Assembly: GCA_040767965.1 (NCBI GenBank)
Contig: JAXGNR010000004.1
Location: forward strand, 128,001-192,000
DNA from: Atribacterota bacterium
GTDB taxonomy: Bacteria > Atribacterota > Phoenicimicrobiia > Phoenicimicrobiales > Stramentimicrobiaceae
Direction: 5' to 3'
Length of the DNA stretch: 64,000 bases
Shown here: positions 11,608 to 21,869 of the stretch, piece after piece
How the letters are laid out: the number at the start of each line of letters is the position of its first letter
Position numbering within the stretch: position 1 is the stretch's first letter
Translations under genes and position numbers: made by a program
Notes under the pieces: model-generated
What the model was told of the DNA's origin: nothing
The model's input: the letters and a program-made list of their open reading frames with translations, nothing else
Databases searched by the model: none

Positions 11608-11656
11608 TAAAATAATTAAAAAGGGGCATTAAAAATGCCCCTTTTTAATTATTTTA
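11608..11656. terminator. Bidirectional terminator between convergent genes
   Basis: Perfect 23-bp stem TAAAATAATTAAAAAGGGGCATT, AAA loop. Confidence 0.85.
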
Positions 11657-11671
11657 GGTTCAATTATTATA

Positions 11672-12490
11672 TTATAAATATATTTTTGGTTCTTTCCTCT
11701 TTTTCCCTATTATTTTTAAGGCAGATTTAATTAAAGGCATTTTTTTATAGGATATTTTACGAGCACTAAAAGGGCATAGTTTAACACAGGCAAAGCAGCG
11801 TATACATAATTTTTCACGACTTTTCAGACTTATTGGATCAATAGCATTCATTGGACAAACAGCCAGGCATTTTTTGCATTTTTGACATATATTTTTATCA
11901 ATTACTGGCGCATGGGTAATTAGAAGTTCGCTATGTTTTGGTAAAACCCTGTTAAATGTTAATAATTCTCCTTTTATTTCAAGATTGTTGATATTTTCCA
12001 TACCTTCATTTTGTTCTATTTTTTCTTTAATTTGTTTCCCAAAAGATTCTGCGAGGATTAAATCTTTTTTATCCGGTCTGCCGTCAGCAATTTTAATATC
12101 CTGATATGAGAATGAATGTTCACCGATAAAGGAAGCAGCGGCAATTATTTTAAATCCTTGAAACTGCATCATTTTTTTTAATTGCTGTAAGGCAATACCA
12201 GCGCTAATATTTCCATAGGTTACTACTAATACAATTGGTTGTCCCTGGCCTTTCATTTTAATAAGAGCCGGGTATAAAAGACTGGGAATTCTTTCTTCAT
12301 AAACAGGAATACCTAGTAGTATTGCCTCATTAATCTGGATATCAGGATTAAAGTTATGTCTTTCTATAAGTGAATTAAGGCTGATATTTTTTTGATTAGG
12401 GATATTCCATCCTTTGGCAATAGCATTAATTATTTTTTCAGTAGAATGTGTTGGAGAAAAATATATTTTTACTAATTTGTTTATATTCAC
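11672..12490 (-). CDS. Flavodoxin-like plus 4Fe-4S dicluster protein (EFR1 family)
   Basis: YFSPTHST, FIGEHS, two ferredoxin Cys motifs; GTG 12490 with GGAG RBS. Confidence 0.85.
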   Translation of the reverse strand: MNINKLVKIYFSPTHSTEKIINAIAKGWNIPNQKNISLNSLIERHNFNPDIQINEAILLGIPVYEERIPSLLYPALIKMKGQGQPIVLVVTYGNISAGIALQQLKKMMQFQGFKIIAAASFIGEHSFSYQDIKIADGRPDKKDLILAESFGKQIKEKIEQNEGMENINNLEIKGELLTFNRVLPKHSELLITHAPVIDKNICQKCKKCLAVCPMNAIDPISLKSREKLCIRCFACVKLCPFSARKISYKKMPLIKSALKIIGKKRKEPKIYL

Positions 12491-12797
12491 TTTAATACTC
12501 CGCTGAAATGAAATCAAAACTGTAAATAAGTTGGCTGTATATTTATTGTAATAGAGTACATATTTTAAGACAAGGCAATTCCCGGATTATTACCAAAAAA
12601 ACCCTTCTTTTTATTAGTAATTAGTAAATTAATAATAGATACTAAATAAAATAAATAATAATTAAATTTTTTTAATTAGTTTTAATCATTTATTTAAGAT
12701 AGCTTAACAAATAATTTTTTGTTACAATTAAATCAATAATTTAACTATATTTGAAATTCTTAAAATATAAATTCAGGATAGAATACAGGAGGGGAAA

Positions 12798-13331
12798 ATG
12801 TTTTCTTTAATTAAAAAAAGAAGAAGTATCAGGGTATTTCAAAAAAGAAAAGTAGAAAAAGAAAAAATTAATCAGATTATGCAGGCCGCTTTAATGTCTC
12901 CATCGTCCAAAAACAACAATCCCTGGAAATTTATGATTATTGATGATCAAATTGCTCTGCAGAAAATATCGCAGGCAAAAAAGGCCGGTTCACAATTTTT
13001 AGCTAATTCCCCGCTGGCTATAGTGGTACTGGCAGATCCAGAGAGGTCGGATGTGTGGATCGAAGATTGCTCTATTGCCAGTACTTTTATCATTCTGGCA
13101 GCTCAAAATCTGGAACTGGGAAGCTGCTGGGTGCAGATTAGGAAAAGAGAACACGCGGATGGATCGAATGCAGAAGAATATATTAAAGAATTACTGGATA
13201 TTCCTAACCATTTACAAGTCCCGTGTGTTATAGCAATAGGCTATCCGGCAGAAGAAAAAGCAGATAAACAGGTTGCACAAGAAAAAATAAAAGATGTTTA
13301 TTATAATAAATATGGGAGAACATTCTTCTAG
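12798..13331 (+). CDS. Nitroreductase family protein
   Basis: RRSIRVF, SPSSKNNNPW, LGSCW, IAIGYP. Confidence 0.92.
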   Translation: MFSLIKKRRSIRVFQKRKVEKEKINQIMQAALMSPSSKNNNPWKFMIIDDQIALQKISQAKKAGSQFLANSPLAIVVLADPERSDVWIEDCSIASTFIILAAQNLELGSCWVQIRKREHADGSNAEEYIKELLDIPNHLQVPCVIAIGYPAEEKADKQVAQEKIKDVYYNKYGRTFF

Positions 13332-13352
13332 TATTTGTAACTTCTAAGGAAA

Positions 13353-14615
13353 ATGATTGAGGGAGAATCAGGTATTATGTCAGAAAAATTTGGTTTAGTA
13401 TTAGAAGGCGGCGGGGCAAAAGGAGCATATGAAATTGGTGCATGTGAGGCTATCTTTGAGATGGGAATTGAAATTTCTGCAGTTGCCGGCACCTCTGTTG
13501 GTGCTTTAAATGGAGCAATGATAGCCCAGCATGCAATAAAAGAAGCACATGACTTATGGTATAATATCAGCCCTTCTCAAATAATGAATATTGATGAAGG
13601 AAAATTGAAACAATTAGCCAGCTTAGAAATTAAACCTGGAGATATGAGCTATTTTCTGAAAATGTTTGGTGAATTGATATCTGAAGGAGGAATAGATGTT
13701 TCTCCTTTAAAAAGACTAATAAAAAAACATGTCAATGAAGATAAGCTGAGAAAGTCTCATATTGATCTGGGTATGGTAACAGTATCTTTTAGTGATAGAA
13801 AAGCGATAGAGGTATTTGTAGAGGATATACCATATGGTCAGGTTGCAGATTATCTTTTTGCCAGTGCTAATTTTCCTCTTTTTAGAACAGCTAAAATAGG
13901 TGACAAAATATTTTTAGATGGAGGAATATATGATAATCTTCCAATCAATATGTTGTTAAAAAAAGGATTTAAATCTCTTATTACAATCCAGGTGGGAGGA
14001 TTAGGAAGAAAGAGAAAAGTTGATTTGAGCAATCTGAATATTATAAATATAGAATCAAGAGAGAATTTGGGAGGACCTTTAAATTTTGACTCTGAGAAAA
14101 CAAGAAAAAACTTAAAATTAGGTTATTACGATGCATATCGGGTTGTAAAAAGCCTGACTGGAAATCTATATTACATTAACTTAGCAGGACAAGAAGATTC
14201 ATTTGTGGATTATTTTAAAAACCTGGATTTAGCAATTATTTCTAAAATTGCTAAAGTTCTTAATTTAAAAGAAAACATACCTCCCAAAAGATTGCTTTTT
14301 GAAAGAGTTATTCCCAAATTGATTGATGTATTAAAACTTCCTGCTGATTGTAAATATCAGGATATAGCTATAGCCTTAGCAGAAAGAATCGCTTTGCAGG
14401 TTGATGTAGAAAGATTTCAAATATATTCTTTCCAAGAATTCATTGAACAGATAATAAAAAATTATAAAACAGGTAAAACTAAGGCAACAAAAGAAAATAA
14501 CCTGATTTCACATTTTGGGTTTCTTTCTTTGTTCAGCAGTGATAATGTTCTAAAAAAAATTGTAGATGAACTATTAAATGAAAAATTAATGAAATCTCTG
14601 CATAAAATGACATAA
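13353..14615 (+). CDS. Patatin-like phospholipase
   Basis: GGGAKG, GTSVG nucleophile, DGG motif; start may be 13377. Confidence 0.9.
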   Translation: MIEGESGIMSEKFGLVLEGGGAKGAYEIGACEAIFEMGIEISAVAGTSVGALNGAMIAQHAIKEAHDLWYNISPSQIMNIDEGKLKQLASLEIKPGDMSYFLKMFGELISEGGIDVSPLKRLIKKHVNEDKLRKSHIDLGMVTVSFSDRKAIEVFVEDIPYGQVADYLFASANFPLFRTAKIGDKIFLDGGIYDNLPINMLLKKGFKSLITIQVGGLGRKRKVDLSNLNIINIESRENLGGPLNFDSEKTRKNLKLGYYDAYRVVKSLTGNLYYINLAGQEDSFVDYFKNLDLAIISKIAKVLNLKENIPPKRLLFERVIPKLIDVLKLPADCKYQDIAIALAERIALQVDVERFQIYSFQEFIEQIIKNYKTGKTKATKENNLISHFGFLSLFSSDNVLKKIVDELLNEKLMKSLHKMT

Positions 14616-14645
14616 AAGTAAAAATTCTAAAATTGAATAAGAGGT

Positions 14646-16550
14646 TTGCTTATGTATTTAAAGACTGATTTTTGCCAAAAAGCACTACTGGTTGATGTTG
14701 GTACAAAATTTTATCGCATTGATCGTTTTCAGGTTGGAGATTACTTTGGTCCCCCTGATCTGGGTTTATATCTTTCCGGTAAATATAATAGCTTGAATAT
14801 AGGAACAGGCTTATTAGCTGGTTCTATTTTTCCCGGCTCTAACAGATTGTTTTTTAGTGGGTTCTCACCTTGCTGGGGCGGATTTTATATTTCTTCCATG
14901 GGGGGAGCTGGATTAGTTTTTGATAACCTGGGAATAAATATGTTTTCTATTATCGGCTGGGCAAAGACTCCCTCTGTTCTTTATTTAAACCGGGTTCATG
15001 GAGAAGAGATAAAAGTTGATATTGTTCCTCTGGATTTATATTCAGCATGGCAAACCGGAGAAGGAGGGATATACTCTTTAATGGATTATACTTATAAGCA
15101 ATTTGGTTCTCAATATAAAAAAGAACCGCGCATTTTGGCAACCGGTCCAGCTTCCGAGGTAACTGATTTTGGAGCAATATGTTCTGCTCCTATCCAAAAT
15201 GGAAAAATTAGTCCGGTTGATACCTGGGCAGGCAGAGGAGGTTTTGGAACTAAAATGCTGCAGCAGCATAATATTGCTGCCGTAATTTATGGAGGAACAT
15301 ATGTTGATGAGGATTTTAGGGATAGGAAAGTAGCTGACCAGTGGTTTGAAAATAAATATAATGAAAAGATGGCCGCCAAAGACATTGAAGCTACAGCAAA
15401 ATATCGCTTTGAAGAAAATTTTGGAACTGGTGGCACATTTGGCGTAAATTATGCAACTATTAATGGTAGAATGCTTTCTTTTAATTATCGCAGTATTTAT
15501 TTCGATGAAGAAACAAGGAATAAAATACATCAACAGTTTATTTTAAATCATTATTTAAAACAGTTTAATGAAGAAACAATTCAAACTAAAAATCAAAAAA
15601 CTTGCGGTGAACCCTGTGCTGCTGTCTGTAAAAAAATGAGAGATATTTACAAAAAGGATTATGAGCCTTATCAGGCGTTAGGCCCTCTATGTGGTATTTT
15701 TGATCAAAGAGCAGCAGAAAAACTAGTGCGTCATGCAGATATGTATGGTTTTGACTCCATTGCAATTGGCGGGGTTTTGGCCTGGTTGTTTGATTGTGTT
15801 GACAAAAATCTCTTATCCCCTGCTGATTTAAACATAAAGGATAAACCTGTTTTTGATATAAAAAACTTCAATATTGAAGCTGACTCAATGCATAATGCTA
15901 ATCTGGGAGTTGAATTATTAGATAAAATAATTAATCGTGAACAGTTTTTAGATTTAGGCCAGGGTGCCCGAGAATTAGCAAAAAAGTTAAGCCTAAAAAA
16001 GAATTCCCAGATAATTCATAATTTCATTTATAGTTCTTTCGCTAAAAGAGGATGGATGGTCCCAAATCAGTACTGGACTCCCGGAGTTCTATCTCCAATG
16101 GCTATAATGGGGAAATATTATATGTTCTATGGGGATGACTTTATTCCTCCACGTGAACTGGGGAGAACTAATGCTTTTCGTTTCAAAAAAGAGCTGATGC
16201 TTGATATGTTTGGAATTTGTCGTTTTCATCGGAAATGGGCAGAAGAAATGATTCCTGAAATCATCGGGTCTTTGTTTGATTTAAAAGACGTGTTTTTAGA
16301 AAAAGTACATAGTACTGCTTGTCATATTAATAGCAGAAATGCATCTACCTTCTGGGAAACAGATAGAAGCATAGATTTTATTTATGCTTTCTTAAAAAGA
16401 AAAAAAGAGGTAGAAAATGATAATAATAAAGAGCTTCTCCGCTGGATAGAATATTTTGAAAAAGATAAGAAGGAAGCAGCCATCGACTTTTGGTATGAGA
16501 TGCATAAAGGGATGACTGAATCCTTACATGATACCATATGCCTGAAATAG
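14646..16550 (+). CDS. Aldehyde:ferredoxin oxidoreductase family protein, GAPOR-like (glyceraldehyde-3-phosphate:ferredoxin oxidoreductase)
   Basis: AGSIFPGSNRL, SSMGGAG, WAGRGG, TGGTFG.NY, TCGEPCAAVCKK, YEPY, CRFHR motifs recalled from archaeal GAPOR. Confidence 0.8.
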   Translation: MLMYLKTDFCQKALLVDVGTKFYRIDRFQVGDYFGPPDLGLYLSGKYNSLNIGTGLLAGSIFPGSNRLFFSGFSPCWGGFYISSMGGAGLVFDNLGINMFSIIGWAKTPSVLYLNRVHGEEIKVDIVPLDLYSAWQTGEGGIYSLMDYTYKQFGSQYKKEPRILATGPASEVTDFGAICSAPIQNGKISPVDTWAGRGGFGTKMLQQHNIAAVIYGGTYVDEDFRDRKVADQWFENKYNEKMAAKDIEATAKYRFEENFGTGGTFGVNYATINGRMLSFNYRSIYFDEETRNKIHQQFILNHYLKQFNEETIQTKNQKTCGEPCAAVCKKMRDIYKKDYEPYQALGPLCGIFDQRAAEKLVRHADMYGFDSIAIGGVLAWLFDCVDKNLLSPADLNIKDKPVFDIKNFNIEADSMHNANLGVELLDKIINREQFLDLGQGARELAKKLSLKKNSQIIHNFIYSSFAKRGWMVPNQYWTPGVLSPMAIMGKYYMFYGDDFIPPRELGRTNAFRFKKELMLDMFGICRFHRKWAEEMIPEIIGSLFDLKDVFLEKVHSTACHINSRNASTFWETDRSIDFIYAFLKRKKEVENDNNKELLRWIEYFEKDKKEAAIDFWYEMHKGMTESLHDTICLK

Positions 16551-16607
16551 TTTAATTGGCCTAAAATGTTTTTAAATTATTTTAAGTTAATCAGGAGGTG
16601 TGGATAT

Positions 16608-17420
16608 ATGAATTTCAAATATTTATCTCAAAAAATTGCCAGTAAATTGCTGGAAATTCCTTTCAAATGGAATTCCCGGTTAGCAGTATTAGAACTTTCA
16701 AAAGACTGCTATGCAGGATGGGAGCAGAGCGAGTGGTTGGATTTTTATTTCCGCTATTTGTGCGAAAAGTATTTGCCTGATTATATTCCGATGCATGATA
16801 AGGTTTGTGGAACCACATTTTTTGATGGAATACATGACCTATCTCCTGATTTTGGCGAGAAAATATTTCCTCCCAATCCAGGTCAAGATTTGAAAGACAA
16901 ATCTTCTGATTTTAACAGAGAATTTACCCTTGCTTACAGCAACTACCAGCACTGGCGACAAATGGAGTGGATAGAAAGTTATTTTTCTTATTTATGCGTG
17001 AAACATCTTTCAGGTTTTTTAAAAATTCCCGGTCCAAGATATAAAAAAAGGAGTTTTGATGGATTTTTGGAAATTCCCTGGCTGTTTAAAGTATTTATTG
17101 AAAATACTGGCAATAAAAATATAATACTTGCAGATGCAGACTTGATGGTTAAAGGAATATCAAAATACGAGAAAATTGGTATTGTTGTTGCAGAAGGAAG
17201 AGCAGAATATTATAAGGAAAAAGCAGATAAGAATATGAGACAAAATTCTATGTTCATTTTAAAGAACATTTTTATTTTGCCTTTTACAGCTGATGTAATG
17301 CAAAAATGCAAAACATTTCAGTTAGCAGGTATCAAGACAGGGAATGGTTTACCTGAAAAAATATTATTAGATATTGCTATTATAAGAGAAAGGACTGTCA
17401 GTTTACAAAAATATTCTTAA
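16608..17420 (+). CDS. Hypothetical protein with internal duplication, possibly a degenerate restriction endonuclease-like fold
   Basis: AGGAGG RBS before ATG 16608; two copies of W.Q.EW...YF.YLC.K.L...FDG. Confidence 0.55.
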   Translation: MNFKYLSQKIASKLLEIPFKWNSRLAVLELSKDCYAGWEQSEWLDFYFRYLCEKYLPDYIPMHDKVCGTTFFDGIHDLSPDFGEKIFPPNPGQDLKDKSSDFNREFTLAYSNYQHWRQMEWIESYFSYLCVKHLSGFLKIPGPRYKKRSFDGFLEIPWLFKVFIENTGNKNIILADADLMVKGISKYEKIGIVVAEGRAEYYKEKADKNMRQNSMFILKNIFILPFTADVMQKCKTFQLAGIKTGNGLPEKILLDIAIIRERTVSLQKYS

Positions 17421-17475
17421 TTTATTTGTATAAAAATAACTAAAAACCCAAATTAAACATATAAAGAGAGGAAAT

Positions 17476-18765
17476 ATGTTAAATCAAATAGGTAGAGACA
17501 TTTTCTCAGAAATTTGTAAAATGGAAATTATTGATACCCATGAACATATTATGAGTCAGGAAGAAGTTAAAGAAGAAGTTGTTCACTTATTTAAAGTTTT
17601 TGAAAATTCTTATGCAAATCTTGATTTGATTTCAGCTGGAATGTCTCCAGATATCTGGGAAAAGAAAAATTTAGTAGAAATTTGGGAAGAGTTTAAAAAA
17701 TATCAGCCTCATGTATTATTAACTACTTTTGTAAAAAATATATTATATTCTTTGAAAGAATTATATGGGTTAAATACTGGAGAAATAAAAGAAGACAATT
17801 ATCAGGAAATTTCTGAAAAAATAACTGATTCTTATAACTCAAATAATTGGTATAAGTATGTTCTGAAAGAAAAAGCAAACATAAAAATATCAATGCTGGA
17901 TGCTTTTTGGAATGTAGAAAATTTTAACTATGACCGGGAACTTTTTATTCCTGTATTAAGGACCAATGCTTTTATTTTAGGAAGAGAATATAGCTCGCCA
18001 TTTCCTAAGGGAAAATGGGCACATTCAACAATAGAAAGTATCTCTGAAGCATGGGGAGTAAGTATTGATGATTTTGAATCCTATTTAGAAATCATTAAAT
18101 TAGCAATTAAAAAATATAAAAAAATTGGATGCCCAGCTGTCAAGATCGGGACCGCCTATCATAGGTCTCTCTACTTTGAAAAGACAGATAAAAGAGAAGC
18201 AGCTGTTATTTACAAAAAAGATCCTAAAAGAATTAGTTTGTCTGAACAAAAAAAGCTGCAGGATTTTATGGCACATTATATTATCCATCAGGCGACTTCT
18301 GCAGAAATGGCGGTTCAAATACACACAGGTACTTTTGCCCGTAATGGCAGCATAATAGAAAACGGCAATCCTGAACAATTGAATAATTTATTTTTGGAAT
18401 ACCCCTCAACAAGATTTTCATTATTTCATTTCTCTTATCCTTATACCAGTCAGGTTTTCAGTTTAGCTAAAATGTTTTCCAATGTTGTTCTGGACTTTTG
18501 CTGGGTTCCGATGATTTCTGAGAATTTTGCCAAAAAATCATTGACAGAATTCTTAGACTTGATTCCTAGCAATAAACTGATGTGGGGTGGAGATTCCTAT
18601 AGAGTCGAAGAAGCCTTTGGTGGGGCGCATTTGTGCAGGAAGGTAATCTCTGAGGTTTTATCTGAAAAGGTCAAAGAAAGAAGTATTACTCAAGGAAAAG
18701 CCTTAAAAATTGCTCAAGATATTTTATTTAATAACGCACGGCAATTTTATCAGTTAAAAATATAG
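17476..18765 (+). CDS. Amidohydrolase superfamily protein (uronate isomerase-like)
   Basis: IDTHEH, QIHTG, LFHF, WGGD metal ligands. Confidence 0.8.
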   Translation: MLNQIGRDIFSEICKMEIIDTHEHIMSQEEVKEEVVHLFKVFENSYANLDLISAGMSPDIWEKKNLVEIWEEFKKYQPHVLLTTFVKNILYSLKELYGLNTGEIKEDNYQEISEKITDSYNSNNWYKYVLKEKANIKISMLDAFWNVENFNYDRELFIPVLRTNAFILGREYSSPFPKGKWAHSTIESISEAWGVSIDDFESYLEIIKLAIKKYKKIGCPAVKIGTAYHRSLYFEKTDKREAAVIYKKDPKRISLSEQKKLQDFMAHYIIHQATSAEMAVQIHTGTFARNGSIIENGNPEQLNNLFLEYPSTRFSLFHFSYPYTSQVFSLAKMFSNVVLDFCWVPMISENFAKKSLTEFLDLIPSNKLMWGGDSYRVEEAFGGAHLCRKVISEVLSEKVKERSITQGKALKIAQDILFNNARQFYQLKI

Positions 18766-18903
18766 AGAATCAAGTAAACAGATAGCTCAACTGCTTTAAT
18801 TGTAATTTATTTTGCTATTTCCTATTTTGCTTATTTATATACAGGACCAGAAATTTGTTTCATCGAAATTGGCAATGAAAAATGTAATTATTTAAAAAGA
18901 GAT

Positions 18904-19548
18904 CTAATTCTGTTTTTGAAGTGTTTCCCTGGAAAAAAGACATCCGCAGTAATCTTGTCTGTAAAGATTATATTTTTTAGACAGAGTTATTGATTGCTGA
19001 AAACCATTTCTTTTTTTAAAATCACTGTAAAGGTAATTTAACTGATATTTTTTTGCAATATTTTTTCCAAGAACATTGATTATATGAGCATCTTTATGAG
19101 GACTAACAGTTAAAGTTGTGGTAAAATAGGAGATATCAAGCTCAAGAGCTTTTAGTGCTGTATTTTCAAGCCGAAATGAATAACACTTAAGACAACGAAT
19201 ACCTCCTTCTTTTTTATTTTCCAATCCTTTTACTTTTTCAAAAAATATTTCTGACTCATATTTTTCTTGTATAAAATTTATTCTGTTTTTTGCTGGGAAG
19301 AGGGTGATAAATTTTTTTTGTTCAGCCAGCCTTTTATTGTATTCTTCTTCCGGGTAGATGTTTGGATTATAATAAAATACAGTAATTGAAAAATATTGAG
19401 ACAAATATTCCAACACATAGCTGCTGCAAGGCGCACAACAACTATGCAGTAATAATTTTGGAGTTATTTTTTTAGATACATTTTTCTCAATTTCTTGTTC
19501 TAAATAGTGCTGATAATTTTTTTTTATTATTTGTTTAGCATTTTTCAT
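18904..19548 (-). CDS. queH: Epoxyqueuosine reductase QueH
   Basis: LLHSCCAPCS, YNPNIYP, RCLKCY, YRQDYCGC. Confidence 0.9.
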   Translation of the reverse strand: MKNAKQIIKKNYQHYLEQEIEKNVSKKITPKLLLHSCCAPCSSYVLEYLSQYFSITVFYYNPNIYPEEEYNKRLAEQKKFITLFPAKNRINFIQEKYESEIFFEKVKGLENKKEGGIRCLKCYSFRLENTALKALELDISYFTTTLTVSPHKDAHIINVLGKNIAKKYQLNYLYSDFKKRNGFQQSITLSKKYNLYRQDYCGCLFSRETLQKQN

Positions 19549-19762
19549 TCTTACTATTTTTATCCATTCATATAATAAATAAAATTAGCAATTTTATTTA
19601 TTTTTATATTATCATAATGACTCAATAATTGCACCAGTCCTCAAAAAAGTCTGTAGAAATATAGAAGTAAAATAAATTGATGGACATTCTTATTGTATAA
19701 TAATATAGTAGAGTAAAATTCTTGTTTGCTATTTTTATCAGATAAGAGGTTAAGAGGTTTAT

Positions 19763-20836
19763 TTGAAAAAAGACCGTTTAGAGGGAAAGAAATTAATTAA
19801 AGGGTTAATTTTTTCTTTATTAATAGGTATTGCTGTTTTTTTAGTAGTTTTTTTATTTACAATTGATAAGAATACTTTAAAGAGCTTTCAGCATATGGAT
19901 GAAGAATTTCTATGGTTAGCTGGAATTGCAGTCTTTTTGTCTGTTATAGTAGAAGGCCTTAGAATACAGGTTACTGCACGGGCAATTGGAGAGAAAATCG
20001 GATTTTGGCAATCAGTAAAAGTGTTTTATATCAGTTTTTTCCTGGGAGGAATAACTCCTTATTATTCCGGTACTTTACCAGCCCAGATTCTTCTTTATTC
20101 CAAGAATGGGATTTGTATCGGGAAGGGTACAATGATAGCAACTTTAAGGCCGATTATAAAAACAATAATTTTTATGATATCAACACCAATAATTTTTCTC
20201 TACTTCGATGATTCATTAGATAAATATTTAGAGGATTTTGAAGTTCTTTCATGGTTTGTTTTGTTTATAGCTGTTATCTTCTCTTTATTGTTAATTATTA
20301 TTTTTATTTTAATTATGAAAAGTCCTGGAAAAATTAAAGATTTTGTCCAATGGATAAAAAAATATCATTTTTTTGAAAAATATCTAAACACACCTAAGAT
20401 TAAAGAAAAAATAGAAAAGTTATTCTTTCAGGTTAATCAATTTCACAACAGTTATAATCTTCTTTTAAGCCATCCCGGAGAAGTTGCCTTAATATTTGTT
20501 TATACTGCACTGTACTGGTTACTCTATTTTTCAATTGCCCCATTGCTACTCCTAGCAATGGACATTCAGTTAAATTTTTTACTGGTTATAATTATTCAGG
20601 TTATAATATTTTTTTTATTGCCTTTTTTGCCTACCCCGGGAGGAAGCGGAGCTGCAGAAATAGGATTTGCCTCTCTTTTTTCTTTTTTCGTTCCTGCTCA
20701 TCTATTAGGAATTTATGTAGGTGGTTGGCGTCTTTTTACCTTTTACTTGAACATACTTATCGGAGCAATTCTTAGTTTAACTGTGTTGAAAAAATATATT
20801 TCCTGGGATGATGAAATAAAAAAAGCAGAATGCTAA
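19763..20836 (+). CDS. Lysylphosphatidylglycerol synthase-like TM / UPF0104 flippase-like protein
   Basis: Multiple TM segments, ITPYYSG, PTPGGSGAAE, WRLFTFY. Confidence 0.85.
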   Translation: MKKDRLEGKKLIKGLIFSLLIGIAVFLVVFLFTIDKNTLKSFQHMDEEFLWLAGIAVFLSVIVEGLRIQVTARAIGEKIGFWQSVKVFYISFFLGGITPYYSGTLPAQILLYSKNGICIGKGTMIATLRPIIKTIIFMISTPIIFLYFDDSLDKYLEDFEVLSWFVLFIAVIFSLLLIIIFILIMKSPGKIKDFVQWIKKYHFFEKYLNTPKIKEKIEKLFFQVNQFHNSYNLLLSHPGEVALIFVYTALYWLLYFSIAPLLLLAMDIQLNFLLVIIIQVIIFFLLPFLPTPGGSGAAEIGFASLFSFFVPAHLLGIYVGGWRLFTFYLNILIGAILSLTVLKKYISWDDEIKKAEC

Positions 20837-20886
20837 AAATATTATTTAATATTTACTTTTAACAATCTGCTTTTAATTGTTCTGTT

Positions 20887-21624
20887 TTAGAATTTTTCTG
20901 CCAATAATTCCTGTGCTTTATTGCTATAATATGGATGACTGCTTTGGCTGGCTTTTTCTAACATTTCTTTTGCTCTTTCATCTTTGTTACGAGTGATTAG
21001 CAGTTCAGCAAAATAAACTAATCCTTGCGGGTTATCAGGGAAATGTTGGTGGTATTCTTCAAAATAACTTTCTGATCTTGGTGTTTTGCGGTATAGCTTG
21101 GGTAGCTGATGCCACATACGTCCTAATGCAAGAATTGGCCCGGCATCATCATACATTTTATTTATTTCATAAGCTTTCTCAAAAGCTCTTTCGGTTTTTT
21201 TCCGAAGACCTTCACGAATAGCCTTTAAAATACTTATCCCATCTGAATAAGTACCGGCAGACAGGCCATAAAAATAATGTCCTTCAACTTTTTCAGGCTC
21301 TAAATCTTGAGCTATTTCTGCATATTTTAATCCTTCTTTTCCATATTCTTTGCAGATATCTTTCCAGTCTTCAATTCCTGCTTCTATAGAAAGATCAGCA
21401 TATTCCCTTAAAGCCCTGGCCATTTTCCAGTTTGCCTCATAACTTTCCGGGTTTGCTTCTACTGCTTTACGATAAAGAGGAAGTGAATCAACTACACTTT
21501 CCAGGTTGTCTTTTATGTAAATAGCATCTGCTTCAGCAAGATAATCAGTTGACATAGAGTTAACTGGAAAACAAACAAGTAAAGAAATGGTTATTACAAC
21601 AAGTGAAATGATAAATTTTTTCAT
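20887..21624 (-). CDS. Exported TPR-like helical protein
   Basis: GGAGG RBS before MKKFII signal peptide; helical repeats. Confidence 0.65.
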   Translation of the reverse strand: MKKFIISLVVITISLLVCFPVNSMSTDYLAEADAIYIKDNLESVVDSLPLYRKAVEANPESYEANWKMARALREYADLSIEAGIEDWKDICKEYGKEGLKYAEIAQDLEPEKVEGHYFYGLSAGTYSDGISILKAIREGLRKKTERAFEKAYEINKMYDDAGPILALGRMWHQLPKLYRKTPRSESYFEEYHQHFPDNPQGLVYFAELLITRNKDERAKEMLEKASQSSHPYYSNKAQELLAEKF

Positions 21625-21774
21625 ATTACCTCCGAATATTTTATTTTTAAAAAGTTTTATCATTTTTCTAAATTATTTTTTATATCAATATCACTACTGC
21701 TGGCATTTGTCAAGAATTCCTAAAATTTATTATATTTTTAAAATGAACAAAATAGAAAGATTTTTCAAAAAATC

Positions 21775-21821
21775 TTGACAAAAAAAGATATATCATTTAT
21801 ACATATGAATATAAATTCATA
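21775..21821 (+). promoter_or_regulatory. tetR promoter with probable operator
   Basis: TTGACA 21775, 17 bp spacer, TATACA; palindrome TATGAAT-N4-ATTCATA 21804-21821. Confidence 0.6.
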
Positions 21822-21869
21822 AAAATATATTAAAAAATTTTGATATCTATATTTGGAAATGGAGCAAAA

